DNA of 63,964 nt, the filler included, from Deltaproteobacteria bacterium (GTDB taxonomy: Bacteria; JACQOV01): assembly GCA_016202395.1 (NCBI GenBank). It is 5 parts of 5 records of this genome, joined end to end, with 100 filler letters (N's around TTAATTAATTAA, not from the genome) between each part and the next. Parts side by side here need not be neighbours in the genome. Positions count along the whole stretch, not along the records: positions 10,722 to 34,732 come from JACQOV010000008.1; positions 34,833 to 40,626 come from JACQOV010000017.1; 3 more parts are not named here. One strand, given 5' to 3'. The position numbers were made by a program, and so were the translations under genes. Position 1 is the stretch's first letter. The number at the start of each line of letters is the position of its first letter. The notes under the pieces were generated by a model that was not told where the DNA came from, made no database searches, and was given only the letters and a program-made list of their open reading frames with translations. This document shows, piece by piece, positions 30,289-40,195 of the stretch.

Positions 30289-31319
30289 TGAAAGTGCTCA
30301 CAACAGCGAAACTCCCTCCAGAAGCCTTGGATCTCTTGCGATCGAAGGCAGATCTCGTCCTAGAACCGACAGGACTTCCCAAAAAATGGCAGGAGCTCCT
30401 TCCCTTCACCCCCGGAGTTCATGGGATTCTCTCTCTCTTAACTTGGCAGATCGGCGCGGAATTAATCTATGCCATACCAGATCTGAAAGCCATCAGCAAT
30501 GATGCGGCGGGGCTCGATAATATCGATCTCAAAACAGCTACCCAGCGCAAGATCGTTGTCACACACACACCGGATCTGCTCACACACGCGACAGCCGATT
30601 TAACGTGGGCTCTGATTTTGGGGATTGCCCGCCGAATCTCCGAAGGGGAACGATTTGTTCGAAAAGGGCTTTGGAAAGGCTGGGAACCGCAACTTCTGCT
30701 CGGACACGACCTTTGGGGAAAAGCGCTCGGCGTTATCGGATTGGGCCGAATTGGCCTCGAGGTTGCTAAACGGGCCAAAGGTTTTGGGATGAAAATCTTT
30801 TACCATTCGCAAACCCCCAAAATCTCCGAAGAGGAGATTTATGGGTTTGAATACAAAACCCTCCCTGAGCTCTTAACGGAATCGGACTATCTTACGCTCC
30901 ACACCCCTTCGACCCCCCAGACACGGGGTCTGATTGGAGAAAAAGAGCTAAAACAGATGAAATCGACCGCTTTCCTCATCAACACCGCGCGAGGGACGGT
31001 GGTGGATTCGATGGCTCTTACCCTCGCTTTGAAAGAGGGATGGATCGCGGGAGCAGCCCTGGATGTGACCGATCCCGAGCCGATTCCTTCAGACCACCCG
31101 CTTCTCACTCTAGAAAATTGCCTGATCGTCCCCCACATTGGGAGCGCTACCGTGGAGACTCGACGTCGGATGGCTCTTCAGGCCTCGGAGGATCTTTTAA
31201 CCGCTCTGGAAGGAAGTCACCCCAAATTCGTTGCGAACCCTGAAGTTTTCTCGGAGGACTCCTCAGAGCCCCCTTTCATCATGAAGGGGATCTGGAGATG
31301 GGGGTCACAGGCCAAATAG
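30288..31319 (+). CDS. D-2-hydroxyacid dehydrogenase (glyoxylate/hydroxypyruvate reductase)
   Basis: GLGRIG, INTARG, ALDV..PEP, PHIGSAT. Confidence 0.9.
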   Translation: MKVLTTAKLPPEALDLLRSKADLVLEPTGLPKKWQELLPFTPGVHGILSLLTWQIGAELIYAIPDLKAISNDAAGLDNIDLKTATQRKIVVTHTPDLLTHATADLTWALILGIARRISEGERFVRKGLWKGWEPQLLLGHDLWGKALGVIGLGRIGLEVAKRAKGFGMKIFYHSQTPKISEEEIYGFEYKTLPELLTESDYLTLHTPSTPQTRGLIGEKELKQMKSTAFLINTARGTVVDSMALTLALKEGWIAGAALDVTDPEPIPSDHPLLTLENCLIVPHIGSATVETRRRMALQASEDLLTALEGSHPKFVANPEVFSEDSSEPPFIMKGIWRWGSQAK

Positions 31320-32054
31320 ATTTCCGACGACAGCCCCCAGCAGGTAACCCATCCCGGCTGCCAAAGATCCCAAGGCAAGAAAGAGAAGCCCATCTTTCCA
31401 CACACTCCCCTTGGCAACACGAGTTTTTGCAGCCCCAATCCCAAAAAGGGCCGCCATCGAAAGAGGTATCGCCCACTTCAAAGCCGACATCGGATGGGAG
31501 ATGAAAAGATAAGGGAGTAAAGGAGGGATCGAACCCACAACAAAAGAGGCGGCCATGACCATCCCCGCTCGATAAGGATGGACCAGTGATTCGGACACAA
31601 TCCCCAACTCTTCTCGCGCCATGAATTTAAGCCAAAGTTTTTTATCCGAAGTAATCCGTTTTACAATCATCTGGACCTCTTCTGGAGAAAAACCGCGATC
31701 GGTATAGATCTCTCGGATCTCCTCTTTTTCACGCTCAGGAAATTGATCAATCTCACGGCTCTCTCGATCGATCTCGCTCTGGAAAAAATCCCTTTCCGCC
31801 TTGTTTGCTAAGAACGAACCAAACCCCATCGAGATGGCTCCTGCAATGACCTCCGCGATTCCCACTAATAAAACGTAGCCCCCCTCTTTCAAGGCTCCTG
31901 TGGCCCCCGCAAGAAAACCGACCGTCGTGACCAAACCATCGTTCATGCCAAAAACCACTTCACGAATGGATCGTCCCTCAGGGGTATGCCAACTTTCGTC
32001 ATGATACTGAGGGAGCTTATTTTCCGAAGGAGAAATAGAGGAATGAATTGTCAT
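31305..32054 (-). CDS. VIT1/CCC1 family Fe/Mn transporter
   Basis: VFGMNDGLVT, AGAISMG, EREKEEI. Confidence 0.9.
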   Translation of the reverse strand: MTIHSSISPSENKLPQYHDESWHTPEGRSIREVVFGMNDGLVTTVGFLAGATGALKEGGYVLLVGIAEVIAGAISMGFGSFLANKAERDFFQSEIDRESREIDQFPEREKEEIREIYTDRGFSPEEVQMIVKRITSDKKLWLKFMAREELGIVSESLVHPYRAGMVMAASFVVGSIPPLLPYLFISHPMSALKWAIPLSMAALFGIGAAKTRVAKGSVWKDGLLFLALGSLAAGMGYLLGAVVGNLFGL

Positions 32055-32062
32055 CGTTCACC

Positions 32063-32653
32063 CTACTGCGTGGCGCCGAAGAAATAGCCAAAACGAAGAA
32101 ACAGCCCCAGATGCTGTGAGTTTGAATCATCTAAAATAAAGGTGTAGCGGGGCGCGATCCCAATGGAGATGTGGCTGGGCAGAATATAATCGATCCCCAC
32201 AGAGGTCTCTATCCCCACGTCGCTAAAGCTCAGCTCCAGATCCGCGTCCTCAATCTCACCGTCGATCTTTTTAGTGTAATCCCCAATGGAAAAGTTTCCC
32301 CAGAAGTGGAAATTTTCATCCTCGTAAAAAGCCCCTTTGACGCCGAAGATAAAAGCCGTAAAATCGAGTTCATTATCGAGGATGGCAGCGCCCGTTTGAT
32401 TGGCAATCGATCCGAGAAACGGATCGGAATATTCATGAGAGGCGGAGAGATAGCGAAACTCCATCGCAAGCCTCTCCACCGGCCAGTACTCCGCGCCAAT
32501 GCTCCACCCAAACGCGCTCCCATCCACATTCTTCAATTTCGTAAACTGACTTAAGCCTAGCTCGGTCAACACCCCCCATTGCCCCGCCCAGGGTGAAGAG
32601 ATTGACGCCGCAAAGACACTGATTGCGAAAAGGATGGATCGAAGAGCTTTCAT
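32063..32653 (-). CDS. Small outer-membrane beta-barrel protein
   Basis: Signal peptide, amphipathic beta strands, FGYFF near the C-terminus. Confidence 0.7.
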   Translation of the reverse strand: MKALRSILFAISVFAASISSPWAGQWGVLTELGLSQFTKLKNVDGSAFGWSIGAEYWPVERLAMEFRYLSASHEYSDPFLGSIANQTGAAILDNELDFTAFIFGVKGAFYEDENFHFWGNFSIGDYTKKIDGEIEDADLELSFSDVGIETSVGIDYILPSHISIGIAPRYTFILDDSNSQHLGLFLRFGYFFGATQ

Positions 32654-32665
32654 CTCAAATCTTTT

Positions 32666-33640
32666 CTACACTGTTCTTTGCACCCCTGTCAACCTCTTCG
32701 GAAGGGATCGATACCTCTTGTAAAACTCTTCCCCTCGCCCCATCCTCTTAATCCGATCCATGAGCGTGGTACTATCCCGATACCCCAAGATCCGGGCGGT
32801 CTTCGCTAAATTCCCATGAGCCACCTCGGTCGCCACCCGCCAAACCTCCTCATCATTCTCCACGATTCTCTCCTTTGCCTTCCCCTTCCCAATATATTTG
32901 ATCGCCGTTGACACATACACCCCCACCCGCTTCGCCGTCTCCGTGTAATTGCGGGTCTTCTCAAAGATCTTCCGCATCTCCTCCACCTTCTCTAAAGGGA
33001 GGCCCTGATACTTTCTGGGCTTTTGAACCTCCGACCGCATCAGCGGAGGATTCGGAAAATCCTCCCGAAACGCTTGCCGCCGCTCCTCAAAACTATCTCC
33101 CCGAGGATAGGCCCGTTCAATCAATCTCCACACCGTCGTGATCGATATCTTTAATCTCTTGGCTACCCCCGGCACGCTCCCCTGCATCTCCTGAATCCGA
33201 GGCCACAGATCCCTTTGAAAATCAAGCTTCTTCCGAACCCCCACCCCCTTGGGTAAAGGATATCGAATACGCAATAACTGCCTCCGCCCCATTCTTTTCA
33301 GACGATGCCCAATCGCACTGGTCTGCCGATATCCCAGCCGACGGGCCGCCTCCGAGAGGTTCCCCCCCACCTCCAATATCATCTTCCAGATATCTCCATC
33401 GGAGACCCGCCTCTGCTGCAGTTTCCCTTTCCCCTTCCCCACGTACTCTCGCACTGTCTTGGAAGCCACCCCCACGCGACGAGCCGTCTCCGAGTAATTG
33501 CGCGTCTCCTCAAAAACCTCCCGAATCCTCCTCACCTGCGACAAGGGAAGAGCATCCCACCCCACCACCCAACTCACCGATCTTTTCCTGGGATGGATCG
33601 TTCCCCCCTTCTCCACTGCCATGTGCTGATCTTTGATCAT
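32666..33640 (-). CDS. Basic protein with five tandem HTH-like modules
   Basis: TRNYSETARRVGV / TRNYTETAKRVGV, GNLSEAARRLGY / GNLAKTARILGY and GSVPGVAKRLKIS; GAGG RBS. Confidence 0.7.
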   Translation of the reverse strand: MIKDQHMAVEKGGTIHPRKRSVSWVVGWDALPLSQVRRIREVFEETRNYSETARRVGVASKTVREYVGKGKGKLQQRRVSDGDIWKMILEVGGNLSEAARRLGYRQTSAIGHRLKRMGRRQLLRIRYPLPKGVGVRKKLDFQRDLWPRIQEMQGSVPGVAKRLKISITTVWRLIERAYPRGDSFEERRQAFREDFPNPPLMRSEVQKPRKYQGLPLEKVEEMRKIFEKTRNYTETAKRVGVYVSTAIKYIGKGKAKERIVENDEEVWRVATEVAHGNLAKTARILGYRDSTTLMDRIKRMGRGEEFYKRYRSLPKRLTGVQRTV

Positions 33641-33673
33641 AACCTCACTGCCCCAAACCCACCGTATCCCCCG

Positions 33674-34477
33674 TTAGTTTTTCTGGCGCCCTTTCCTTAA
33701 ATTTTTTTCTTCCTGTAAAGGGGTGTTGACATCCCCCACCGGATCTTTCTCATCCCGAATAAACCGATCCAATCGCTGCAAGTGCCGAATCAACCGCTCC
33801 ATATCCGGCTCCATATAATCCTTCCAGATCTTGACCAACCCTTCGACCAATTCCCTCAACTCCCTCTCTCCCACCTTCCCCTTCTTCGCTTGTTCCCCAT
33901 AAGCCCCCAACCGCTGGCCAATCACCTGATAAAAGCCATAGACCGTCGTGGAAGGATTGTTCACATGGTGCCCAATCTCATCCACAATCCGCTGCCGAGA
34001 TTCCAGCCGCGCAATCGCGATGTCCTTCTCCTTAGAGGCCTTCACCTCCACCAATGCCGCTCGCAACTCCTCATGGCCCTGCTTCACCACCTGCCGTAAA
34101 ATGCAGGTCTCCACCGCACTCTGAATCCCCCTCACCACTTCCAAAATCCGTCGGTCAATGGGCTTTTCATAAAAATGGTCCACATGCCCTGCATTAATCG
34201 CCTCTTTCATCAGCGCCTCACTGACGTGCCCCGTCAACATGATCCTCGGCGCCTCCGGAGCCACCTTCTGACACCCCTGTAAGAACTCAATCCCGCTCAT
34301 CGAATCCATCTTCTCATCCGTAATCACCACCCGAATCTCAGGATGCTGCCTCAATAACTCCAACCCCTTGGCTCCCGTCTCCGCCGTGAATACCTTAAAA
34401 TACTCGCTCATGTACGTCGCAAACGTCCTTAACTGATGCGCCTCATCGTCCACGTACAAAATCGTTGACTTTTCCAT
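33674..34477 (-). CDS. Receiver domain plus coiled coil plus HisKA(DHp)-like segment, no HATPase
   Basis: YVDDE, ITDEKM, MLTG, EKP; H-box-like EIGHHVNNP; ORF ends with no N/G boxes. Confidence 0.8.
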   Translation of the reverse strand: MEKSTILYVDDEAHQLRTFATYMSEYFKVFTAETGAKGLELLRQHPEIRVVITDEKMDSMSGIEFLQGCQKVAPEAPRIMLTGHVSEALMKEAINAGHVDHFYEKPIDRRILEVVRGIQSAVETCILRQVVKQGHEELRAALVEVKASKEKDIAIARLESRQRIVDEIGHHVNNPSTTVYGFYQVIGQRLGAYGEQAKKGKVGERELRELVEGLVKIWKDYMEPDMERLIRHLQRLDRFIRDEKDPVGDVNTPLQEEKNLRKGRQKN

Positions 34478-34478
34478 C

Positions 34479-34732
34479 CTAGTCCCCCCTTTCTAGGTCC
34501 AATTCCTTAACTACCATAAACTGCAACGTAAAGGTAGTTCCCACTCCTATCTGACTCGCCACCTCGATCTGTCCTCCCCACTTATCCATCGTCTCCTTGG
34601 ATAAAGCTAAACCCAGGCCGGTTCCTCTGCCCACCTCCTTGGTGGTCTGGAACCTCTTAAACAGATTCCCTAATCCTTCCGGGCTCATCCCACAACCGTT
34701 ATCACAAATCTTCACCCCCACCCACTCCCCAA
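34479..34732 (-). CDS. Histidine kinase C-terminal HATPase fragment (5' end lost at contig break)
   Basis: DNGCGM, FQTTKEVGRGTGLGL, GTTFTL. Confidence 0.88.
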
Positions 34733-34832
34733 NNNNNNNNNNNNNNNNNNNNNNNNNNNNNNNNNNNNNNNNNNNNTTAATTAATTAANNNNNNNNNNNN
34801 NNNNNNNNNNNNNNNNNNNNNNNNNNNNNNNN
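34733..34832. other. Artificial contig spacer
   Basis: N/TTAATTAATTAA/N. Confidence 0.98.
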
Positions 34833-34855
34833 ATTGTACGTTCTAAATTTTATTG

Positions 34856-35035
34856 AGGGCACCTCTAAAAACTATGTTCGTGTCGAAAAATAAATATCTG
34901 AGCCGAGACAAGGAGGATGTGCAAAAAACACGGAGGCGTACCTGGAAGGTACGTTGAGGACTTTTTGTGAAATCCGACGTAGTCGCAGGCCAGAGCATGA
35001 TTTTTCGTCACGAACATAGTTTTTAGAGGTGCCCT
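34856..35035. mobile_element. 180-bp MITE with 27-bp perfect TIR (family B core)
   Basis: agggcacctctaaaaactatgttcgtg / cacgaacatagtttttagaggtgccct; internal aggcgtacc-tggaa-ggtacgttgagga. Confidence 0.85.
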
Positions 35036-35069
35036 GTAGTATGATAATGCTTTCAAAGGAGGTTCAGGA

Positions 35070-35762
35070 ATGGATCGAGCTTTTGTTGTGGGGGCAACCG
35101 GCTACACGGGACGTGAAGTCGTTCGAGTTCTCTGTGAACGAGGGGTTTCCACGATTGCCCACATTCGTCCTGACTCTCCACGCCTCGAAGAATGGCGAGA
35201 ATATTTTGGTAAGCTGGGAGCTCCAGTGAACACCGCCTCCTGGGAAGAAAATGCCATGACCACAGCCTTGGGACGCATTCAACCGACTCTCATTTTTAAT
35301 CTTGTTGGCACGACGAAGGCTCGAATGAAACAGGAGAAAGATGCAAGCTACGAGGATGTCGATTATGGCCTGATCGCCATGCTCCTTCGAGCAACGCGCG
35401 GGGCGGTTTTAACCCCCAAATTAATTCACCTCTCCGCTGCAGGAGTCGGCCCCAATTCCACCCATGCCTACTACCAAGCCAAATGGAAAACTGAAGAAGA
35501 GATCCGTAAAAGCGATCTCCCTTATCTCGTGGCTCGCCCTTCTTTTATCATCGGCGCCGATCGAGACGATTCCCGCTCCTTCGAACTCTGGGGAGCGCGC
35601 CTGATCGATGGGGCCTTCCTCGTAGCCTCTCTTGTTGGAGCTCGAAAACTTTACAACCGATATCGATCGACAACCAACACTCGGCTGGCCCAAGCTTTGG
35701 TGCGTTTAGCTCTAGATCCCAACGCAATCAACAAAGTGATCGAATCTGAAGAGCTTCGATAA
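35070..35762 (+). CDS. Atypical SDR / NAD(P)-binding oxidoreductase
   Basis: GATGYTG, YYQAK, ARPS. Confidence 0.85.
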   Translation: MDRAFVVGATGYTGREVVRVLCERGVSTIAHIRPDSPRLEEWREYFGKLGAPVNTASWEENAMTTALGRIQPTLIFNLVGTTKARMKQEKDASYEDVDYGLIAMLLRATRGAVLTPKLIHLSAAGVGPNSTHAYYQAKWKTEEEIRKSDLPYLVARPSFIIGADRDDSRSFELWGARLIDGAFLVASLVGARKLYNRYRSTTNTRLAQALVRLALDPNAINKVIESEELR

Positions 35763-35770
35763 CCGAGGCG

Positions 35771-37363
35771 CTATTCTGTAGAGGCAGGGACTCGAATCAC
35801 GATGAAGAGCGCCCCCCCCTCCCGTTGAATCCGGAATCGGACCAACGCACTTTCGCGAATGCTAGAGATGGCACTCGTATAATCCTGCATATTGGCAATC
35901 TTGTGATCTTTCCCATCCACGGAGATCTCTCGAATGACATCTCCTCGTTGAATTCCACCGAAATCGGCAACAGAGCCGGCCTCCACATCCGTAACCACAA
36001 TCCCGTTGCGATCCTCTAATCTCAGTTGGCGAGCGATTTCTGGGGTGATGTCCTGAGCGCGAAGTCCTAATTTCTCGCTGGCGTCCTCCTCCTCAATCTG
36101 TTCTCCCGTCACCATCTCATCTTTAAGCTCCCCAATCTCGATCTCTACGGTTTGACGTTTGTTTTCTCGGAAGATCTCCAACTCCACCTTTTTCCCAACA
36201 GAGGTCCCCGCAACAAAAGCGGGAAGCTCGTGCATTTCAGAGATCTTTTTCCCATCAAACTGAACAATCACATCCCCTTGTTTGAGTTTCCCTTCTGCGG
36301 GAGAACCGGGTAGGACACCGGAGACAAGAGCCCCTTCTGTCCCTTTCAGACCAAAGGATTCCGCCAGATCGGGAGTGACCTTCTGGATGGTTACACCGAG
36401 CCACCCTCGAATCACCTTTCCCGCTTCTTTGAGCGGCGGCAACACAGCTTTGGCTATATTAATGGGAATGGCAAATCCGATTCCCTGACCTGTGGCATGG
36501 ATGGCGGTGTTAATTCCGATTACTTCCCCTCTTAAGTTGATCAAAGGCCCACCGCTATTCCCAGGGTTGATTGAGGCATCGGTCTGAACAAAATCATCGT
36601 AAGGGCCAGCGCCAATCACCCTCCCTTTGGCAGAAACAATTCCTATGGTAACGGTATGGCTTAAACCGAAGGGATTGCCAATCGCCACAACCCATTCCCC
36701 AATCTGCAGTTGATCCGAGTCCCCCAAGGCAGCCACAGGAAGCTCCTCCGAGGCATCCACCTTAATCAAAGCGATATCCGTTTTGGGATCCCGTCCGACG
36801 ACCTTTGCGGGATACTCCTTTTCATCGCTCAACCGAACCCGAACTTCATCGGCATTTTCGATCACATGGTTATTGGTGACGATGAAGCCTTCTTTGTTAA
36901 TAATAAAACCAGAACCCAGACTCCGTTGCTTGAAGATTTGCGGTGGAAGATCTCCAAAAAACCGCTGAAAAAAATCCTCAGAAGGATCCCCTTCGCCAAA
37001 GGGGCTAGGGATCATCGGAAATCCCGGCCGACTTCTTTGCACCACCTTGGTGGTGGAGATATTGACCACCGTTTTATCCAATTGTCTGGCAAGATCGACA
37101 AAAGTATTGGGACCTAACCGAGAAAAATCATGCCCTGCCTCTGGAAGAGGGATTTCAGCCACCTCCGTCTCTACCTCTTTGGGAACCACGGGGGTTTCCT
37201 CTGGGGTCCCTTCCGTCCAGAGATCGGCTTTTCCTCCAACAGAGAGATTGAGAGGGGATTTAAAGCCAAATCTTTGGGCAAGTTTTAGGCCCGCCCCCAA
37301 TGAAATAGCGGCAATCAATAGAACAAACAAAACCCCTTTGAAACCTCTTCTCGGCTCACTCAT
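35771..37363 (-). CDS. degP: HtrA/DegP-family serine protease with two PDZ domains
   Basis: GSGFII, TNNHV, DIAL, INPGNSGGPL, two PDZ domains. Confidence 0.93.
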   Translation of the reverse strand: MSEPRRGFKGVLFVLLIAAISLGAGLKLAQRFGFKSPLNLSVGGKADLWTEGTPEETPVVPKEVETEVAEIPLPEAGHDFSRLGPNTFVDLARQLDKTVVNISTTKVVQRSRPGFPMIPSPFGEGDPSEDFFQRFFGDLPPQIFKQRSLGSGFIINKEGFIVTNNHVIENADEVRVRLSDEKEYPAKVVGRDPKTDIALIKVDASEELPVAALGDSDQLQIGEWVVAIGNPFGLSHTVTIGIVSAKGRVIGAGPYDDFVQTDASINPGNSGGPLINLRGEVIGINTAIHATGQGIGFAIPINIAKAVLPPLKEAGKVIRGWLGVTIQKVTPDLAESFGLKGTEGALVSGVLPGSPAEGKLKQGDVIVQFDGKKISEMHELPAFVAGTSVGKKVELEIFRENKRQTVEIEIGELKDEMVTGEQIEEEDASEKLGLRAQDITPEIARQLRLEDRNGIVVTDVEAGSVADFGGIQRGDVIREISVDGKDHKIANMQDYTSAISSIRESALVRFRIQREGGALFIVIRVPASTE

Positions 37364-37779
37364 GATTTTCTCCTTGTTTCTTCAATGAATTTCATGCGTA
37401 GATCGTACAGCACGCTTTCAATCAACTGTTTTTCATCGGACGTCAGATTCCCTTGGGTCTTCTTCCCCAACAAATCGATCAGATCGATGGTCTGTTCTGC
37501 CATAGAGAGATCCCGATGACTCTGCTTCGTTTCGGGATCCTCCAAAATTCCTAACTGAAAAAGGGCCGAGGTGCTGAGCGACAAGATCAGGCTCGAAAAA
37601 CTCACCTCCATCGGAGGCAGACTCGAGCTCGGTTCCTCCTTCTTTTCAGAAGGCTCCGATTCTACCGAACGAGGCTCCCCCTTGGGAGAGGGCTCTTCAG
37701 TCCCTCCGACCTCCCCTCCCGCAAAACGCCTGCGATCCGTGATCTTAAACCCCTTTTCTGAATCTTCTTTATCGGCCAT
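37360..37779 (-). CDS. DUF1844-like protein
   Basis: GFKITDRR, KTQGNL..DE..LYDLRMKF. Confidence 0.8.
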   Translation of the reverse strand: MADKEDSEKGFKITDRRRFAGGEVGGTEEPSPKGEPRSVESEPSEKKEEPSSSLPPMEVSFSSLILSLSTSALFQLGILEDPETKQSHRDLSMAEQTIDLIDLLGKKTQGNLTSDEKQLIESVLYDLRMKFIEETRRKS

Positions 37780-37814
37780 ATTTGCTATGACAACCTATCC
37801 CTTCAACAGTTCCA

Positions 37815-40130
37815 TTAACAGAGAACGGCCTCTTTCTCCCGACTCCTCTCCTCAATACCTGATCGATGGCGCCACTCGCTTACCACCAAAACATTCTCAG
37901 ATCCTTTCTGGATGTGAAAATGATCCTGATCTTTCCACTGAAGGGTGATTGGGAGTTTCACCTGTGCCTCAATGGCTCTCTTCAAATAGCGAGCCCCATA
38001 TTTGAGACTAAAGCCAGCCTCTGCTAATTGATCGATTGCTTCAGGAGAGACGGTAAGGCTCTTCCCCTTGGCCTCAAGTTGTCTTGCAATCTCAGCGATA
38101 TGGCGTCGGGCAATCTCGCAAACCTCCTCTTGAGTGAGCGGAGAGAACACCACCATCTCATCCCATCGGTTAATGAACTCGGGGGAGAACCGCTTTTCGA
38201 CCGCTTTCAAAACCGCCTGCTTCGCATTCTGAACCTCGTTAGGATGAGTCAAAAAGCCCATCGGTTGCGTCAAATTCCGGAACTCCTCGGAGCCGATATT
38301 GGAGGTCATCACAATCACCGCATCACTAAAGTAAACCCTCTTTCCACGACCGTCGGTAAGCCACCCTTCATCAAAAACCTGCAGAAACAGATTCAAAACC
38401 AGAGGGTGGGCTTTCTCGAACTCATCCAACAAGATCACGCTGCAAGGATTCTCTCGAACCTGTTGGGTAAGGATTCCGCCCCGCTCGGAACCCACAATCC
38501 CACGAGGCATCCCGATGAGCTTGTCAACGCCAATGGCTCCATCGGTGTACTCCGACATATCGAACCGAATCATCTTTTCCTCATTCCCAAAAAGGAATTC
38601 GGCCAAAGCTTTGGCCAGCTCCGTCTTCCCAACCCCAGTAGGACCCAGGAACAGAAGAACGCCATCGGGACGATTGAGATTCTCCTTGAGGGGGCCTTTG
38701 TTCAAGCGAACTCTTCGAGCCACCGCTTGGATCGCCCCCTTTTGTCCCACGACCCTTTTCCCCAAAGCCTCTTCCATGGAAGCAAAACGATCTAAAGTAT
38801 CGCGGGAAACCATGTCGATGGGCACTAAAGCCTCTCTGGAGATCACCTCCACTACATCTTGGCTCGTCACTCGAGGGAGATCCGGACGCTCCATCTCCGC
38901 CTTCACGGAGGCGGTATCGAGCCAACTCATCACCTTATCGGGAAGCTTTAACCAGCGCTGGTACCTTGGAGCCATCTCTAGAGCCGTTTCAATGGCCTCA
39001 TCACAGATTTCCACACCATAATTGCGACCGATCCGATGCCGAATCCCATAAACGATCTGACGCGTCTCTTCAATGGAGGACTCCTTGACATGAACAAGAC
39101 GAAACCGTCGCGCCAACGCTTCATCCTCCGCAATGAGCATTCGGTATTCGGTGGAAGTGGTGGCGCCAATGACCTGAATCTCGCCACGAGCCAACGTGGA
39201 TTTCAAAATATTGGCGGCATCGCTGGGCACTCCCATTGCAGAACCAGCTCCAATGATCGAGTGGGCCTCATCAATAAAAAGGATGATGTTCTCTCGATCC
39301 TTAACCTCCTTCACAATCTTTTCAATCCGATCCTCAAACATCCCTCGAAACATCGTTCCAGCAACAAGGGTGTTCATTTGAAGATTCACCACCTGCTTTC
39401 CCCGTAACCGAGCGGGAACAGACTGCGGATCCAATTCAAATCGCCGCGCCAACCCCTCCACAATGGCCGTTTTTCCAACCCCAGGTTCCCCAATAATCAT
39501 CACGGAGTTGCTCCGCTCCTTATGACAAAGGATCTCCATCACCTGCTCCATCTCACGATCCCGCCCAATGAGAAGAGGGAGTTTGTCTTGTCGAGCGAGT
39601 TTATTGAGACTCACTCCGAACTGTCGGAGATAAGGGGAAAGTTCAAATTTTCTTTGAAGCTCATGCTCGGTTTCGTCCTGACGACGGATCTGCCAGGTGA
39701 TCTCCTGAATCACCCGTTCCCGTTCCACCCCCATCTCCTTCAAGATCTGGGCGGGAATCCCTTCGTCTTCCTGAAAGATAGCAAAAAAGATATCGGTCGA
39801 TTTAATGACTTGACGGCCGGCATCCCGCGTTTTCTCCCAGGAGTTCTGAAAGACCGCTTTGGTAATGGGGGGAATCTTCATCGCTGCGCCGAGATATTGT
39901 TTTGGAATCGAAAGGGCTTGACGAATTGCTCGAAGGACCTCTTGAGGATCGAGAAGCAACCGCTCCATCGTCTCTTCAAAAAGCGGACGTTCTATCTCTG
40001 CGAAGGCAAAAAGGATGTGTTCAGGTCCCAGATAGTAATGTTGACGGCGCTGCGATTCTCCAACGGCGTGTGAGATGACCTTTTGCGCCTTTTGAGAAAG
40101 TTTTTCCTTATAGTTGGCGAGTTCGATCAT
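37815..40130 (-). CDS. ClpA/ClpC-family Clp ATPase
   Basis: Clp-N repeats, GEPGVGKT and GPTGVGKT, MGF ClpP-docking loop; short middle region. Confidence 0.92.
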   Translation of the reverse strand: MIELANYKEKLSQKAQKVISHAVGESQRRQHYYLGPEHILFAFAEIERPLFEETMERLLLDPQEVLRAIRQALSIPKQYLGAAMKIPPITKAVFQNSWEKTRDAGRQVIKSTDIFFAIFQEDEGIPAQILKEMGVERERVIQEITWQIRRQDETEHELQRKFELSPYLRQFGVSLNKLARQDKLPLLIGRDREMEQVMEILCHKERSNSVMIIGEPGVGKTAIVEGLARRFELDPQSVPARLRGKQVVNLQMNTLVAGTMFRGMFEDRIEKIVKEVKDRENIILFIDEAHSIIGAGSAMGVPSDAANILKSTLARGEIQVIGATTSTEYRMLIAEDEALARRFRLVHVKESSIEETRQIVYGIRHRIGRNYGVEICDEAIETALEMAPRYQRWLKLPDKVMSWLDTASVKAEMERPDLPRVTSQDVVEVISREALVPIDMVSRDTLDRFASMEEALGKRVVGQKGAIQAVARRVRLNKGPLKENLNRPDGVLLFLGPTGVGKTELAKALAEFLFGNEEKMIRFDMSEYTDGAIGVDKLIGMPRGIVGSERGGILTQQVRENPCSVILLDEFEKAHPLVLNLFLQVFDEGWLTDGRGKRVYFSDAVIVMTSNIGSEEFRNLTQPMGFLTHPNEVQNAKQAVLKAVEKRFSPEFINRWDEMVVFSPLTQEEVCEIARRHIAEIARQLEAKGKSLTVSPEAIDQLAEAGFSLKYGARYLKRAIEAQVKLPITLQWKDQDHFHIQKGSENVLVVSEWRHRSGIEERSREKEAVLC

Positions 40131-40195
40131 CAATTTTTCCCATTGTACCGATTTTATCGCCAAATCTCAACCACTTCTTCACTTAGATTTTTTCG

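Noticed and set aside
35070-35762. SDR as the missing ceramide reductase CerR
   Set aside because: Only a generic Rossmann fold, short, and not linked to spt/bCerS
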